Assembly: GCA_035479795.1 (NCBI GenBank)
Contig: DATIII010000001.1
Location: 7,087-71,086, forward strand
Direction: 5' to 3'
Length of the DNA stretch: 64,000 nucleotides
Source of the DNA: Candidatus Saccharimonadales bacterium
GTDB taxonomy: Bacteria > Patescibacteriota > Saccharimonadia > UBA4664 > SCTI01
The notes beneath the pieces were generated by a model. The model was not told the DNA's origin. It saw nothing but the letters and a program-made list of their open reading frames with translations, and did no database searches. Positions 29,700 through 39,829 of the stretch are shown here, in pieces (the first letter of the stretch is position 1; every line of letters begins with the position of its first letter). A program made the position numbers and the translations under genes.

Positions 29700-32438
29700 T
29701 TACAGCTCGCCCCAGTTTTTACCAATGGAGGTATCGGCCACTAGTGGCACGCCCAGATCATATACATTCTCCATGGTGTCTTTCAGTAGCTTAGTGACGC
29801 GGTCTGCATCCTTTTCGTCGGCCTCAAGAATCAACTGGTCGTGGACTTGCAACAGCATTTTGGCATTCGATCCTTCAAGTTTTTTAGCGACTTCAATCAT
29901 GGCTATTTTCATAATGTCGGCGGCCGTACCTTGAATTGGCACATTTACGGCAATCCTCTCTGTAGAATTGCGAATCACAAAGTTACTACTTTTTATCTCT
30001 GGGCAGGGCCGGCGGCGGCCCAGAAGAGTTTCGGTGTATTCATTTTCCCGAGCAAACTTCTTTACATTCTCAATATAGGCCCGCAGATCTTTGCGAACCT
30101 CAAAATAACGGTCAATAAAGCCGGTAGCCTCTTCGCGATTCATACCAGTTGCCACGCTCAAACCATGCGGACTCATGCCGTAGAGCACACCGAAATTAAT
30201 GGTTTTGGCGCTGTAACGCTGCTCCTTGGTAACCTCATTTAGCGGGACACCGAACATTTCGCTGGCGGTTTGTTGATGCAAGTCGATGCCTTTTTTGAAA
30301 GTCTCAATCATGCCCTGGTCTTTGCTCAGAGCCGCTGCCACCCGCAGCTCAATCTGTGAATAATCAGCGCTGACCAGCACTCGTCCTTTCGGCGCCACAA
30401 AGGCTTTGCGAATCTGCCGGCCAATCTCGGTGCGAACCGGAATGTTTTGCAGGTTCGGATTGGTCGAATTCAGTCGACCGGTCTGAGCAATGGTTTGGTT
30501 AAAACTCGTATGGACCCGAGAATTTTCATCGACATACTGCGGCAATGCCTCCACGTAGGTACTGCGCAGCTTGGTCAGCTCGCGGTATTCGCTAATCAAA
30601 TTGATGATTGGGTGAGCATCACGCAGCTTTTCGAGCTCGCTGGCGGCCGTCGAAAAACCGGTCTTACCCTTCTTCACCCCAACCTTTTGCAAATCCAGCT
30701 TTTCATACAGAATCTTGGCCAGCTGGGCCGGGCTGGAGATGTTAAACTCCTCGCCCGCCGCCTTCCAAATTTGCTGCTCTAGCTTCGCAATGTCCGTCGA
30801 AATGACTTCGTTAAACTTGCGTAAAAACTCTACATCCAGCTCGATCCCAGCAATCTCCATATTGCCGAGCACTTCAATCAGCGGCCATTCCGTGGCCTCG
30901 GCCAACTTATTAAAACCTGTCTCTGACATCTGTTTTTTAAGCGACTGGTAAAGGCGCCAGGCAATATCAGCGTCTTCAGCGGCGTAGGTTATGGCCTCCT
31001 CAATCGGCACACCGTCGAAAGTAATCTGTTTTTTGCCGACTCCCAGTAACTCCGTGATCGGAATCAGCTCAATCCCAAACTCCTTATAGGCCAGGTCATC
31101 CAGCGATTGACTGCGCCCAAGCGGATTAACAATAAAGGCGGCGATCATCGTATCAAAAATGATTGGACTAGGAGCGATCCCGTGCCGCACCAGCACCTTA
31201 TAATCAAACTTTGCATTATGACCTACTTTGCCGACCTTCGGATCTTCAAATACGGCTTTTAACGCTTGGCAGACTGCTTCTTTGCTCAGCTGCGTTCCCT
31301 CACGATGCCCCACGGGGATGTAAAAACCTTCCATTTCTTTCATACTGACGGAGATACCGACCAGGTTGGCACTCATTTCGTCGATGCTATCGGTTTCAGT
31401 ATCAAAGGCAAAGGCCTCGGCGGATTTAAGGCGCTTGACCAGATCGTCCAACTGGTTCTCGGTGGTAATGGCATGGTACTCGGCGCCTTCCAGATGCTTC
31501 CGCGAGCGCTTAGCAACCTCGCTGGCCTCTTCATCAGGCTTATCGAAGAGAGTCAGCGGACCGACCTCCATTTCCGGCGGCAATTTGGCCAACAAGGTCT
31601 TAAATTCCAATTTACGAAACAAATCATGAATCGCTTGGCGGTCAAATTTGCCAACCGTCGCGCCTTTTAGATCCAGCTCCACCGGAGCGTCACAAGCGAT
31701 TTCGGATAGTTTGTGGCTTAGATAAGCGATATCCTTGTTATCGCGCAATCGCTCCCCGAGCTTGCCGGGGATCTCGTCGACGCTTTCATATATACCCTCC
31801 AGACTGCCATATTGCTGGACTAGGCTGGTGGCAGTCTTTTCCCCGACGCCCTCCACGCCGGGAATATTGTCACTGGAATCGCCCATTAAGGCTTTGACAT
31901 CCACGAATTGCCGTGGCGTCACTCCATAGCGCTCGCGCAAAGCCTCCAGGTCGTAAATGACTGTGTCGGTAAAACCGCGCCGCATCGTATAAACCCGAGT
32001 GTTTTCATCGATTAACTGGAATTCGTCCTTATCACCGGTAACGATAATCGTCTCCAAGCCCTCTTTTTCGGCCTTGCGAGCCAGGGTACCGATAATGTCA
32101 TCAGCCTCATATTTATCCAGCTCAATCCACGGCAGACCGAGCGATTCGGTCACTTGGCGAGTATATGGAATCTGGGCATACAGATCATCCGGCTGCTTTT
32201 TGCGATGGGCTTTGTACTGCGGGTACATGTCCTTGCGGAAGGTGTCGCTGGACTTGTCCCAGGTAATAATGGTGTATTTGGGTTTGAGGTCGGCCAGTAC
32301 CTTGAGCAGCATCATGGTGAAACCATAGGTAGCATTGGTTGGAATACCTTCAGCCGTCGACAGCGGCGGGATCCCATGGTACCCGCGGTGAAACACCGCG
32401 CTGCCGTCTATTAGTACTAATCGTTCTCTTTTGGCCAT
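29700..32438 (-). CDS. polA: DNA polymerase I
   Basis: 5'-3' exo (EADD, GDSSDNIPG), 3'-5' exo (FDTET), DYSQIELR, QVHD. Confidence 0.98.
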   Translation of the reverse strand: MAKRERLVLIDGSAVFHRGYHGIPPLSTAEGIPTNATYGFTMMLLKVLADLKPKYTIITWDKSSDTFRKDMYPQYKAHRKKQPDDLYAQIPYTRQVTESLGLPWIELDKYEADDIIGTLARKAEKEGLETIIVTGDKDEFQLIDENTRVYTMRRGFTDTVIYDLEALRERYGVTPRQFVDVKALMGDSSDNIPGVEGVGEKTATSLVQQYGSLEGIYESVDEIPGKLGERLRDNKDIAYLSHKLSEIACDAPVELDLKGATVGKFDRQAIHDLFRKLEFKTLLAKLPPEMEVGPLTLFDKPDEEASEVAKRSRKHLEGAEYHAITTENQLDDLVKRLKSAEAFAFDTETDSIDEMSANLVGISVSMKEMEGFYIPVGHREGTQLSKEAVCQALKAVFEDPKVGKVGHNAKFDYKVLVRHGIAPSPIIFDTMIAAFIVNPLGRSQSLDDLAYKEFGIELIPITELLGVGKKQITFDGVPIEEAITYAAEDADIAWRLYQSLKKQMSETGFNKLAEATEWPLIEVLGNMEIAGIELDVEFLRKFNEVISTDIAKLEQQIWKAAGEEFNISSPAQLAKILYEKLDLQKVGVKKGKTGFSTAASELEKLRDAHPIINLISEYRELTKLRSTYVEALPQYVDENSRVHTSFNQTIAQTGRLNSTNPNLQNIPVRTEIGRQIRKAFVAPKGRVLVSADYSQIELRVAAALSKDQGMIETFKKGIDLHQQTASEMFGVPLNEVTKEQRYSAKTINFGVLYGMSPHGLSVATGMNREEATGFIDRYFEVRKDLRAYIENVKKFARENEYTETLLGRRRPCPEIKSSNFVIRNSTERIAVNVPIQGTAADIMKIAMIEVAKKLEGSNAKMLLQVHDQLILEADEKDADRVTKLLKDTMENVYDLGVPLVADTSIGKNWGEL

Positions 32439-32498
32439 CTGGAGCCTATTATAGCGAACCTTAGCAGAGTATTATTAATATATAAACCGGCGGCTGTC

Positions 32499-33137
32499 AT
32501 GAAAGACGACATCAGCGAAGCATTGGGAATTGTCCTAGAAACCGTGTTTTCTGATATGCCGATTATCCTAGCCGCCTATGGCCCCAACGGTCTAATCAGT
32601 CTTTGGAGCAAAGGGGCCGAACTCATTACGGGCTACACTGCTGCGGAAATGATTAACAATCCGAAGGGGGCGGAACTGCTCTATCCAAATCCGCTCGAAA
32701 GAAACGAGGCCATCAAGCTCGCGAATGGCAGCGCTGGACGCATCTTTGAAATTCGCTGCAAAAATGGGAAGAGGAAAATGATTTCCTGGTACAACCCGAG
32801 GGATACGCTGCCCGAGCTTAGCCTCAAGCGTCTTATCCTGGGCATTGACGTGACCTCATACCAAACCACCATTTCAGGTATTCTAGAAGAAAAGAAGCGC
32901 CAAGCCATTGAAAATAATCGGCTGAGCGAGCTTTTGGATAAGCTACTCCAGCTAGATGCACATGAGGGCATCGACGGCAGCCGCTACAGCCGCCGCGAAG
33001 CCGACCGTATTGGCGGGGCCAGCCATCTGGGGCGCCGACAGGCCGACACCGAAGAAGACGATACCAGGCATGGTCGCCGTTGGTACGACCCACCTATTAA
33101 ACCCATAGCCAAGAAGAAGCCTCGACCAAAAAAATGA
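32499..33137 (+). CDS. PAS-domain protein with basic RRxxD-repeat tail
   Basis: WSKGAELITGYTAAEMI, EIRCKNG..ISW, GIDVT. Confidence 0.7.
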   Translation: MKDDISEALGIVLETVFSDMPIILAAYGPNGLISLWSKGAELITGYTAAEMINNPKGAELLYPNPLERNEAIKLANGSAGRIFEIRCKNGKRKMISWYNPRDTLPELSLKRLILGIDVTSYQTTISGILEEKKRQAIENNRLSELLDKLLQLDAHEGIDGSRYSRREADRIGGASHLGRRQADTEEDDTRHGRRWYDPPIKPIAKKKPRPKK

Positions 33138-33178
33138 AGGAACCCCGAGGGGCACGGGGCCCTTCGGGGTTTTGAAGT

Positions 33179-33937
33179 TTAGGCGTGGTCGGTGGCATAC
33201 AGAACCACTGGATTGTCAGCCCGATTAGACTCGAGTCCATTATCCAGGAGCCCCCACAGGAACTTGGCGGTGCGCCTGAGAGCCGGCAGACCGAGATCGT
33301 TCACCACTATCACGTCGGGCCTAATATCGATTAGGCCAGCCTCGGTGGGGTTTTTCTTTACCTCTTTGCGGGGGTTGAAAACCTTGACGACGGCTCCACC
33401 GTGTTCGCGAATCAGGGCCGCATTGGATGGCATGCGAATACTGACACTGACGAAGTCGTGGCTCTCGACCGCGATACGCAGGTCCGGATCGAGGTAAAGG
33501 TCCCAGAAATCTTCGGCCACAAACTCGACGAGAAAGACCCCCAAGAACTCCAGCAGTTCACGATGCTCGGCCCGGTTAGCCATGGATATATTACGCGGGA
33601 ACTTGTCTTTTTTCAGATATCGCTCGAGCGCTGAAAGCCCGCCACTCTTGGCCATAGCTTCCTTGACTAATGCCTTAGTCAGCTTCCTACCGGAATTGTT
33701 GCTGACCAGTCGATTTAGCACTAGCGTCAAGGCATCGCCGATGTCATGAAAGCGCTTCATCGAGTAGCCAGATTGCGCAGACCAGTGAATGCCCCACTCA
33801 TTGGCGAGGGCAATCACGTAGGTGCTGTACTCCAGAGTGGTCGCCTTACCAGCCAGTTCTCCCAGCATATTGCCAAGAGTTGTCTTGCCATGGCCGCTGC
33901 CACCGGCCAAGCCGGCCAGCTTAACTGGGCTGCTCAT
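33179..33937 (-). CDS. P-loop kinase, deoxynucleoside monophosphate kinase-like
   Basis: GLAGGSGHGKTT; RELLEFLG...DFW; IRMPSNAALIREHGG; SD CAGGAG. Confidence 0.65.
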   Translation of the reverse strand: MSSPVKLAGLAGGSGHGKTTLGNMLGELAGKATTLEYSTYVIALANEWGIHWSAQSGYSMKRFHDIGDALTLVLNRLVSNNSGRKLTKALVKEAMAKSGGLSALERYLKKDKFPRNISMANRAEHRELLEFLGVFLVEFVAEDFWDLYLDPDLRIAVESHDFVSVSIRMPSNAALIREHGGAVVKVFNPRKEVKKNPTEAGLIDIRPDVIVVNDLGLPALRRTAKFLWGLLDNGLESNRADNPVVLYATDHA

Positions 33938-34002
33938 TAGGAACTCCTGACCTCGAATTTTCAGGTGGTGATAGATTAGCGCAAACTTTGGCGAATTAAA
34001 AG

Positions 34003-34030
34003 CCCTGGAGGACATCCGTGTCCTCCAGGG
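34003..34030 (-). terminator. Intrinsic terminator with GGA loop
   Basis: CCCTGGAGGACA-cgga-TGTCCTCCAGGG followed by CTTTT. Confidence 0.7.
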
Positions 34031-34038
34031 AATTGGGC

Positions 34039-34512
34039 TTAAACCGCCCAGGCCGACTTCCAGCCGTGCTTCCACATCCACATCGCCGCCAGGGCCGCCC
34101 ACCTGGGTTGGTAGGGCGAATGGTGGCGATACGGCGTGTAGGCCCACGTGCGGGGCATGAACTGGTAGAGGCCGGCCGCGCCGGAGCTGGAGTTGGTAAC
34201 CCTCCAGTTGTAGCGCGACTCGCGGTGGGCGATGTAATACGCCTCGTAGCGGCTCTGGCCATAGTGACGGGCCGCCCGCGCAATAAAGCATCGGGCAATC
34301 CGCTCTCGGCTCGAAAGCCGCCAGCAGCTCGGTGTCCCCCGCTGGTAGCGGGTGCACAGCCGATTGGCGCAATGATCGGGCCAGCGAACCGTACGGTGCT
34401 GGCTATGGTTGGTGGCAGCCTGAGCCGGCTGCCCGGACGTTTCAGTCCGCCCGAAAGCGGGTGTGTTCAGCGCAAAGAAAAGCGCGAGAACTGTTGCGGT
34501 TGATCGTCGCAC
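34039..34512 (-). CDS. Secreted lytic transglycosylase (SLT/Rpf-like)
   Basis: Signal peptide; IAHRES, NSSSGAAGLYQFMPRTW, C-terminal GWKSAW; SD AAGGAG. Confidence 0.8.
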   Translation of the reverse strand: MRRSTATVLALFFALNTPAFGRTETSGQPAQAATNHSQHRTVRWPDHCANRLCTRYQRGTPSCWRLSSRERIARCFIARAARHYGQSRYEAYYIAHRESRYNWRVTNSSSGAAGLYQFMPRTWAYTPYRHHSPYQPRWAALAAMWMWKHGWKSAWAV

Positions 34513-34795
34513 GGTGATTACTCCTTGATTTGAGGTTATCTCTTCAGGTGGTTCCTGTGCGGCAATCGCTCGTATCAGTCTCTCGCGGCCTCCGCTTCCG
34601 CCGGCTGGCGGCCAGCGGATTTGCGGCCGGGATAATTACAATCCGTACGAGATCTAACAGCGATCACCTAGTGCCGAATGATTATTCGGTCTATGGAGCA
34701 ACTTCAGGTGAAATAAATTCTCCTTGGTTGTGGACAATCTGTACTCATTTTAACAGCTGACCGAATTTGACTCAAGTTTAACAGGATTCGTAAAT

Positions 34796-35122
34796 TCAGG
34801 ATGCGGGATTCAAGTGCTCGTAATCATCAGGTTCGACGGTGTCTCCCTCTGGAATTGTTTTGTCACGAACGTCGTCTACGCGCCGGGCCTCCTCGGCCTC
34901 GATAATCGCCCGTCGCTCAGCTATATCTTCCCTGATCTCGGACAGTGGTCGACGAGACCCATCTCCCGCCTCATACTGCTGACTTCCCTTTTGATTAGGC
35001 ACAGAGTCGTATTTATCGGCCAACTCCTCCAAACTGCGTGCCTCTAAAGTCTCGGCCTCCTCTTTTTCTAAGCGGCCAAGCTTGGCTTCATTAGACATTG
35101 GCCCCGGTCCGGTTTCACTCAT
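34796..35122 (-). CDS. Hypothetical acidic protein
   Basis: 108-aa ORF directly downstream of kinase gene. Confidence 0.55.
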   Translation of the reverse strand: MSETGPGPMSNEAKLGRLEKEEAETLEARSLEELADKYDSVPNQKGSQQYEAGDGSRRPLSEIREDIAERRAIIEAEEARRVDDVRDKTIPEGDTVEPDDYEHLNPAS

Positions 35123-35123
35123 A

Positions 35124-35723
35124 TTACTCTCCTGTATAAAAACGTCTTAAATTTTCGGGATAATCGGTGGCCAGCGCCTTGGCGCACTCTTCGAATTGGT
35201 GTAAGGTGCCGGCGTTTTCAATGACCGTATCGGACATTTCAATTACTTTATCTACCTGGTGGCTGGGGCTGTTACGCTCGGCCTGCTCCTGGGCCGCAAA
35301 GGTCTCAAAATCGGTGGCATCGCCCGCACGCTTACGCGCTAGCACACGCTCGAACCGCACCTTTTGCGGGGCATCTACGGTGATAACAACTCCATTATGT
35401 ATTCGAACCACGCCTACCTCGGTGGCATGACGCATGCCTGGGTACAAAAGTAGATCAACCCCTTCCCCCGCCTTTGCAATGGCGGCCTCAATCCAATAGT
35501 TGCTGCCCTTTTCCTGGCGCACTGCCTCTGCCGCATGCTTGTCGACGCTACGATCGCCGGGATTACCCAAATGGTGCTCTTCCACATAGGCGCGAACCAG
35601 ATCACCAGGGGGCACAATGGCGCATTTTAAGCCCTTGGCAGTTAGGTATTTCGATAGTAGCTGGGCCAGCGTATCCTTACCTGCGCCCGGCTGACCAGTA
35701 ATCCCAATAATCGTCGGTTGCAT
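35124..35723 (-). CDS. Nucleotide kinase / dephospho-CoA kinase-like
   Basis: IGITGQPGAGKDT, DAPQKVRFER, R.GD, DTVIENAG. Confidence 0.75.
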   Translation of the reverse strand: MQPTIIGITGQPGAGKDTLAQLLSKYLTAKGLKCAIVPPGDLVRAYVEEHHLGNPGDRSVDKHAAEAVRQEKGSNYWIEAAIAKAGEGVDLLLYPGMRHATEVGVVRIHNGVVITVDAPQKVRFERVLARKRAGDATDFETFAAQEQAERNSPSHQVDKVIEMSDTVIENAGTLHQFEECAKALATDYPENLRRFYTGE

Positions 35724-35783
35724 AGGAGTAAGTATAACAAAACCGCCCTGGCTGGGCGGCTTGTTGTTAAATACTGAAATTTC

Positions 35784-36902
35784 TTACTGCAGGTAGTCTT
35801 TGAGCTTCTTACTCTCGCGATGCTTGCGCAGCTTGGCCAGGGCCTTGGCTTCAATCTGCCGAATCCGCTCACGAGTCACACCGAACTCCAAGCCAACTTC
35901 TTCGAGGGTGTGCTGACGGCCGTCTTCCAAACCAAAGCGCATGCGTAGAATCTTCTGCTCACGCGGAGTCAGCAGGGCTAAAACCTCGTTAACATCCTCT
36001 TTGAGTAACTGGTTGGTGGCGTTTTCTAGCGGCGTCTTACCGTCTTCATCTTCGATGAACTCGCCCAGGTTAGAGTCGCCATCATCCCCCACTGGCTGCT
36101 CCAGCGACACAATGTCCTGTTTAATCTTAAGGATGTGATTGACCTTATCAACGTCAATTTCCATCTCGGCCGCAATTTCCTCCGGCAGCGGCTCGCGGCC
36201 AAGCTCTTGCACCAAGCGTCGCTGGGTGCGAATCAGCTTGTTAATCGTCTCCACCATGTGGACTGGAATACGAATGGTTCGGGCTTGGTCAGCGATGGCG
36301 CGGGTAATAGCCTGGCGGATCCACCAAGTGGCATAGGTCGAAAACTTAAATCCCTTGGTGTAATCGAACTTCTCGACGGCGCGCAGCAGGCCCGCCGAAC
36401 CCTCTTGAATCAGGTCCAGCAGGTCCAGGCCGCGACCAATATATTTCTTGGCAATCGAAACCACCAGGCGCAGGTTGGCCTCGACCATTTTGTCTTTGGC
36501 CGACTTGTCACCTTTGGCAATCCGCTTGGCCAATTCAACTTCTTCCTGAGCCGTCAGTAGCGGTACCCGGCCGATTTCACGCAGATACAGCCGTACGCTG
36601 TCGTCGGCAATATCTTTGGTATAGTCCTCTTCCTTTTCCTCTTCCTCGGCCGTATCCCAGATGAGCCGTTCCTTTTGGTCAGTCAATTCCACGCCATTTT
36701 CGAGTAGCGCAGCATACAGCTCATCGAGCTCCTCAATATTGTCTTCGGCGTCTGGGATAGCCTGGGCAACTTCCTGCTGAGTAACGAACCCTTGCTCCTT
36801 GCCCTTGGCAATCAGGCGCTCAATCTCGGCGCTATAAGTAGTGCCCTCTTTTTCCTCAGTCTTGTCTGCTTCAACTTCTGGTGCTTTTGCTTTACGTGCC
36901 AT
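35784..36902 (-). CDS. rpoD: Primary sigma factor
   Basis: [47 protein letters not shown]. Confidence 0.98.
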   Translation of the reverse strand: MARKAKAPEVEADKTEEKEGTTYSAEIERLIAKGKEQGFVTQQEVAQAIPDAEDNIEELDELYAALLENGVELTDQKERLIWDTAEEEEKEEDYTKDIADDSVRLYLREIGRVPLLTAQEEVELAKRIAKGDKSAKDKMVEANLRLVVSIAKKYIGRGLDLLDLIQEGSAGLLRAVEKFDYTKGFKFSTYATWWIRQAITRAIADQARTIRIPVHMVETINKLIRTQRRLVQELGREPLPEEIAAEMEIDVDKVNHILKIKQDIVSLEQPVGDDGDSNLGEFIEDEDGKTPLENATNQLLKEDVNEVLALLTPREQKILRMRFGLEDGRQHTLEEVGLEFGVTRERIRQIEAKALAKLRKHRESKKLKDYLQ

Positions 36903-36920
36903 TTTTCTCCTGTTGTCTTA

Positions 36921-37035
36921 AAACCCTAATTTCTAATATCTAAATCCTAAATAAATCCAAAATCATAAATCCAAACCTTTTGGGCATTTGAATTTGGTGC
37001 TTGGCAATTATTTAGAAATTAGGATTTAGATATTC
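36921..37035. repeat. Inverted pair of ~7-bp periodic AT-rich tracts
   Basis: (A/T)AATCC(T/A)-like heptamers followed by complementary (T)TTAG(A/G)A(T)-like heptamers. Confidence 0.6.
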
Positions 37036-37048
37036 GTGCTTCTGCTAA

Positions 37049-38812
37049 CTAATCTTCGTTAGTTAGCAGCGCTTGATACTGTGCCAATAGCCGGCGGACC
37101 AAATCATGGTCGCCACTAGCCTCAGCCTCCTTCAATTTGTGGCTGAGTTTGGACTTAGTATCTTTGTTCGAACTCGTTTGCAGTCTTCTCACCAGCTCGA
37201 ATGCCTCGAGGCTGCGATCTGCTGGAGCAAAGGATCCGTATTCTTCCTCGCCCCGTAGTGCCAGTATTTTCACATAATCTGCGTGGTTTGGCAAGGCTCC
37301 AGCCAATTGCGCCAAAGTCATTTGCGGATCGCGTTGTAAGGTTTCGAGAATCATTTGATTGTCCGGCTCGCCAAAGTGGGCCGGCGTCAGATCCTCAAGG
37401 CTGAGGCGAACCTCTGGGTAGGCCAGGTTAACGGCCAGAACTGATTCCTCTAGCAACTTCTTAGATGGCTTGGGCGGGATAACCCGCGTCTTCGGTGGCG
37501 GGGCTACCTCAACCCTAGGCTGAGACTTTGTCGGCACGTCTTTGGGGGCCTGCTCAATCTTTTCATTAATCGCGGCTTCGGAGATACCTAGCTTTTCGGC
37601 CAGCAGCTTCACATAATGATCACGCTCCACCGGATCACCGAGGCGGCGCAGGTTGGCCGCCAGTCGATCACTGTACTGCCGCTTACCGGTGGCGGTGGTG
37701 ATGTCGTATTCCGTCGCCAGTTGATCAAAGAGGTAGTCAATGGCATATTGCGAATCAGTAATAGCTTGCCGCCACTTGCCGACGTCCTGCTGGATTAACT
37801 CGTCGGGATCTTTGGCGCCGCCCAGCCGGACCATCGAAAGCGTAATTCCAAGGTTTTGGCTAAGTTCAATGGCTCGCTCGGTAGCCTTTAGGCCTGCAGC
37901 ATCGGCATCAAAACAAATTTTAATATTTTTGGTAAGTCGTCCCAGGATTTTTAGCTGATCAATCGTCAATGCTGTCCCGCTGGCGGCCACCACCTGCTTT
38001 ACACCAGCTTGGTGGCTGGCTACCACATCCATATTTCCTTCGACCAACACTACTTCGTCATGCTCGCGAATAGCTGGTTTGGCCAAATGTAAACCAAAGA
38101 TCACCCGACTTTTGTCATATAACGGCGTTTGTGGAGTATTGAGATACTTGGGCACTTGCTCGGGATCTAGCACTCGGCCAGTGAAGCCGACAGGCCGTCC
38201 ATTGACATCACAAATCGTAAACATCAGCCGGCCGCGATATAGATCGTAAACCGTACTTCGTCCTTCCCGCTGGCCGACCAGACCAGCCTTCTTCAGCTCG
38301 GCAGCCGTAAAGTCTTTCTTAACTAAAAAATGGCTGAGGGCGTTCCAGTCATCAGGGGCATAGCCAATTTGAAAGTCCTTGATGGTCTGCTTCGATAATT
38401 TCCGGGTAACGGTAGCATACTTTAGAGCCGCCGGATTTTTAACCAATGAAGCCTGAAAGTACTTCACCGCCAGCGCCACGGCGGCGGCCAGTCGCTCGCC
38501 TTCCTTTTTGTCTTTGGCGGCACTGGCACTGCGCGGCTTGAGCTCCACACCAGCCTGGCGCGCTAATTTTTCTAAGGCTTCGGGGAAACCAATGCCCTCG
38601 TACTTCATGACAAAGCTCAGCACATCCCCGCCTTCACCACAACCAAAGCAATGCCAAATCCCCTTTTCGGGGCTGACCATAAAGCTAGCCGACTTTTCCT
38701 GGTGGAAGGGGCAGGGTGACTTCAAATTACGACCCGCCTGCTTTAGCGGCACATAGGCATTTATCACCTCAGCGATGTCCAGCCGCTCCTTAACCTCTTC
38801 CACTTCGTTCAT
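37049..38812 (-). CDS. dnaG: DNA primase
   Basis: CPFHQEK, CFGCG, KYLNTPQT, VEGNMDV, FDADAAG, KDPDE. Confidence 0.97.
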   Translation of the reverse strand: MNEVEEVKERLDIAEVINAYVPLKQAGRNLKSPCPFHQEKSASFMVSPEKGIWHCFGCGEGGDVLSFVMKYEGIGFPEALEKLARQAGVELKPRSASAAKDKKEGERLAAAVALAVKYFQASLVKNPAALKYATVTRKLSKQTIKDFQIGYAPDDWNALSHFLVKKDFTAAELKKAGLVGQREGRSTVYDLYRGRLMFTICDVNGRPVGFTGRVLDPEQVPKYLNTPQTPLYDKSRVIFGLHLAKPAIREHDEVVLVEGNMDVVASHQAGVKQVVAASGTALTIDQLKILGRLTKNIKICFDADAAGLKATERAIELSQNLGITLSMVRLGGAKDPDELIQQDVGKWRQAITDSQYAIDYLFDQLATEYDITTATGKRQYSDRLAANLRRLGDPVERDHYVKLLAEKLGISEAAINEKIEQAPKDVPTKSQPRVEVAPPPKTRVIPPKPSKKLLEESVLAVNLAYPEVRLSLEDLTPAHFGEPDNQMILETLQRDPQMTLAQLAGALPNHADYVKILALRGEEEYGSFAPADRSLEAFELVRRLQTSSNKDTKSKLSHKLKEAEASGDHDLVRRLLAQYQALLTNED

Positions 38813-39067
38813 GTAAGTATTATACAGATAAGAGCGTACAAAAGGCGAAAGCCCCGACATCATGTCGAGGCTTCCAGCCAACTTCTACTGCATAGGGCGC
38901 CCAAACGGCCCCGGTATGTGGCCTTGGCGGTTCACAACGTACTGCAAGCCTCGGCCTATTTATGTGCACCACAAGAGAGCTGCGATAGGTGGCGCACTGG
39001 CGCTGGCGGGTCATACGGAGAGCCGGGCTAAGACCAGGCTGCACGCAGAGCTTTCGCCAGTCGCAGT

Positions 39068-39829
39068 CTAGAAAGGGAGTACGTCCAGTGACCGAGCCTT
39101 CTTGACGAACGGATTCTTGAACTTCACCACCATGTCTGGTGGCCGACGCTTCGGCCGCTCGAAGTACTTGAACCTGTCCGGCCAGGAGCGCAGATGAATC
39201 TCCGCCCTCGAAGTCCGGAAACAAACGACCACCAACCCCGCTGCTGGCACCAAGCCGTTTTCGAGCACGTAGGCGGTCTTGGCTTCCTTTTCGGCAGCGC
39301 TCAGGTTGAAGGCGTGGTTGAGATTGACTGCGTTAACCGTCTTGCTCTCCAAGCCGAATCCCAGATCCGTAACGAAGTCGATCGGATGGTGGTACGGGGT
39401 GCGCTCGATGATCTTGCCAAAGCGGCCCAGCCGCACCTGCCGCTCGATGATGTCCTCGCCGAGCAAGCCCATGGCCGTCAGGCTCAAGCCTGCGTGGGTG
39501 TAACCGCCAGGCGTCTGGGACTCAAAGCGTTCGGCTTCCTCACGGGGCGAGTGCGCATGCCCCTTAGAACAGACTGCGTAATCATCCTCCACCTCAGCCA
39601 ACGGAATTGGCACTCCGCAGGTTGGGTTGGGGCACTTTATGTGCCCGGCTGGGGCATTCCAGATCGAATCTCGGTTGACCCGAATCCTCGACCGCAAGCG
39701 CTTGGGGGTAGTCTGGACTGCGCGGCCACCTTCGATGACCTTCAGCGGTGTCCGCTTGATCCGCAGATGCTTGGCCGCCTCTAGGGCAGCCGACTCTTCC
39801 GCCGGAAGGCGGGCTGCCAGAGTGACCAT
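39068..39829 (-). CDS. Zn-ribbon plus PD-(D/E)XK-like nuclease (253 aa)
   Basis: CPNPTC...CSKGH; GLLGE, HPIDFV...LESKT motif arrangement. Confidence 0.6.
   Translation of the reverse strand: MVTLAARLPAEESAALEAAKHLRIKRTPLKVIEGGRAVQTTPKRLRSRIRVNRDSIWNAPAGHIKCPNPTCGVPIPLAEVEDDYAVCSKGHAHSPREEAERFESQTPGGYTHAGLSLTAMGLLGEDIIERQVRLGRFGKIIERTPYHHPIDFVTDLGFGLESKTVNAVNLNHAFNLSAAEKEAKTAYVLENGLVPAAGLVVVCFRTSRAEIHLRSWPDRFKYFERPKRRPPDMVVKFKNPFVKKARSLDVLPF

Noticed and set aside
33938-34372. N-terminal extension of the 397-aa ORF (and similar extensions of ychF, dnaG, truB, 185-3745, 10641-11369)
   Set aside because: They overlap other genes, promoters or terminators; internal starts with an SD or -10 fit better
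34580-34632. Twister ribozyme or c-di-AMP riboswitch upstream of the Rpf-like gene
   Set aside because: Conserved UAA/GAG and pseudoknot elements of twister and the ydaO motifs are missing
33173-34706. Terminal stem for the kinase/Rpf unit (TGAAGTT/AACTTCA)
   Set aside because: Only 7 bp, expected by chance; not counted in the family
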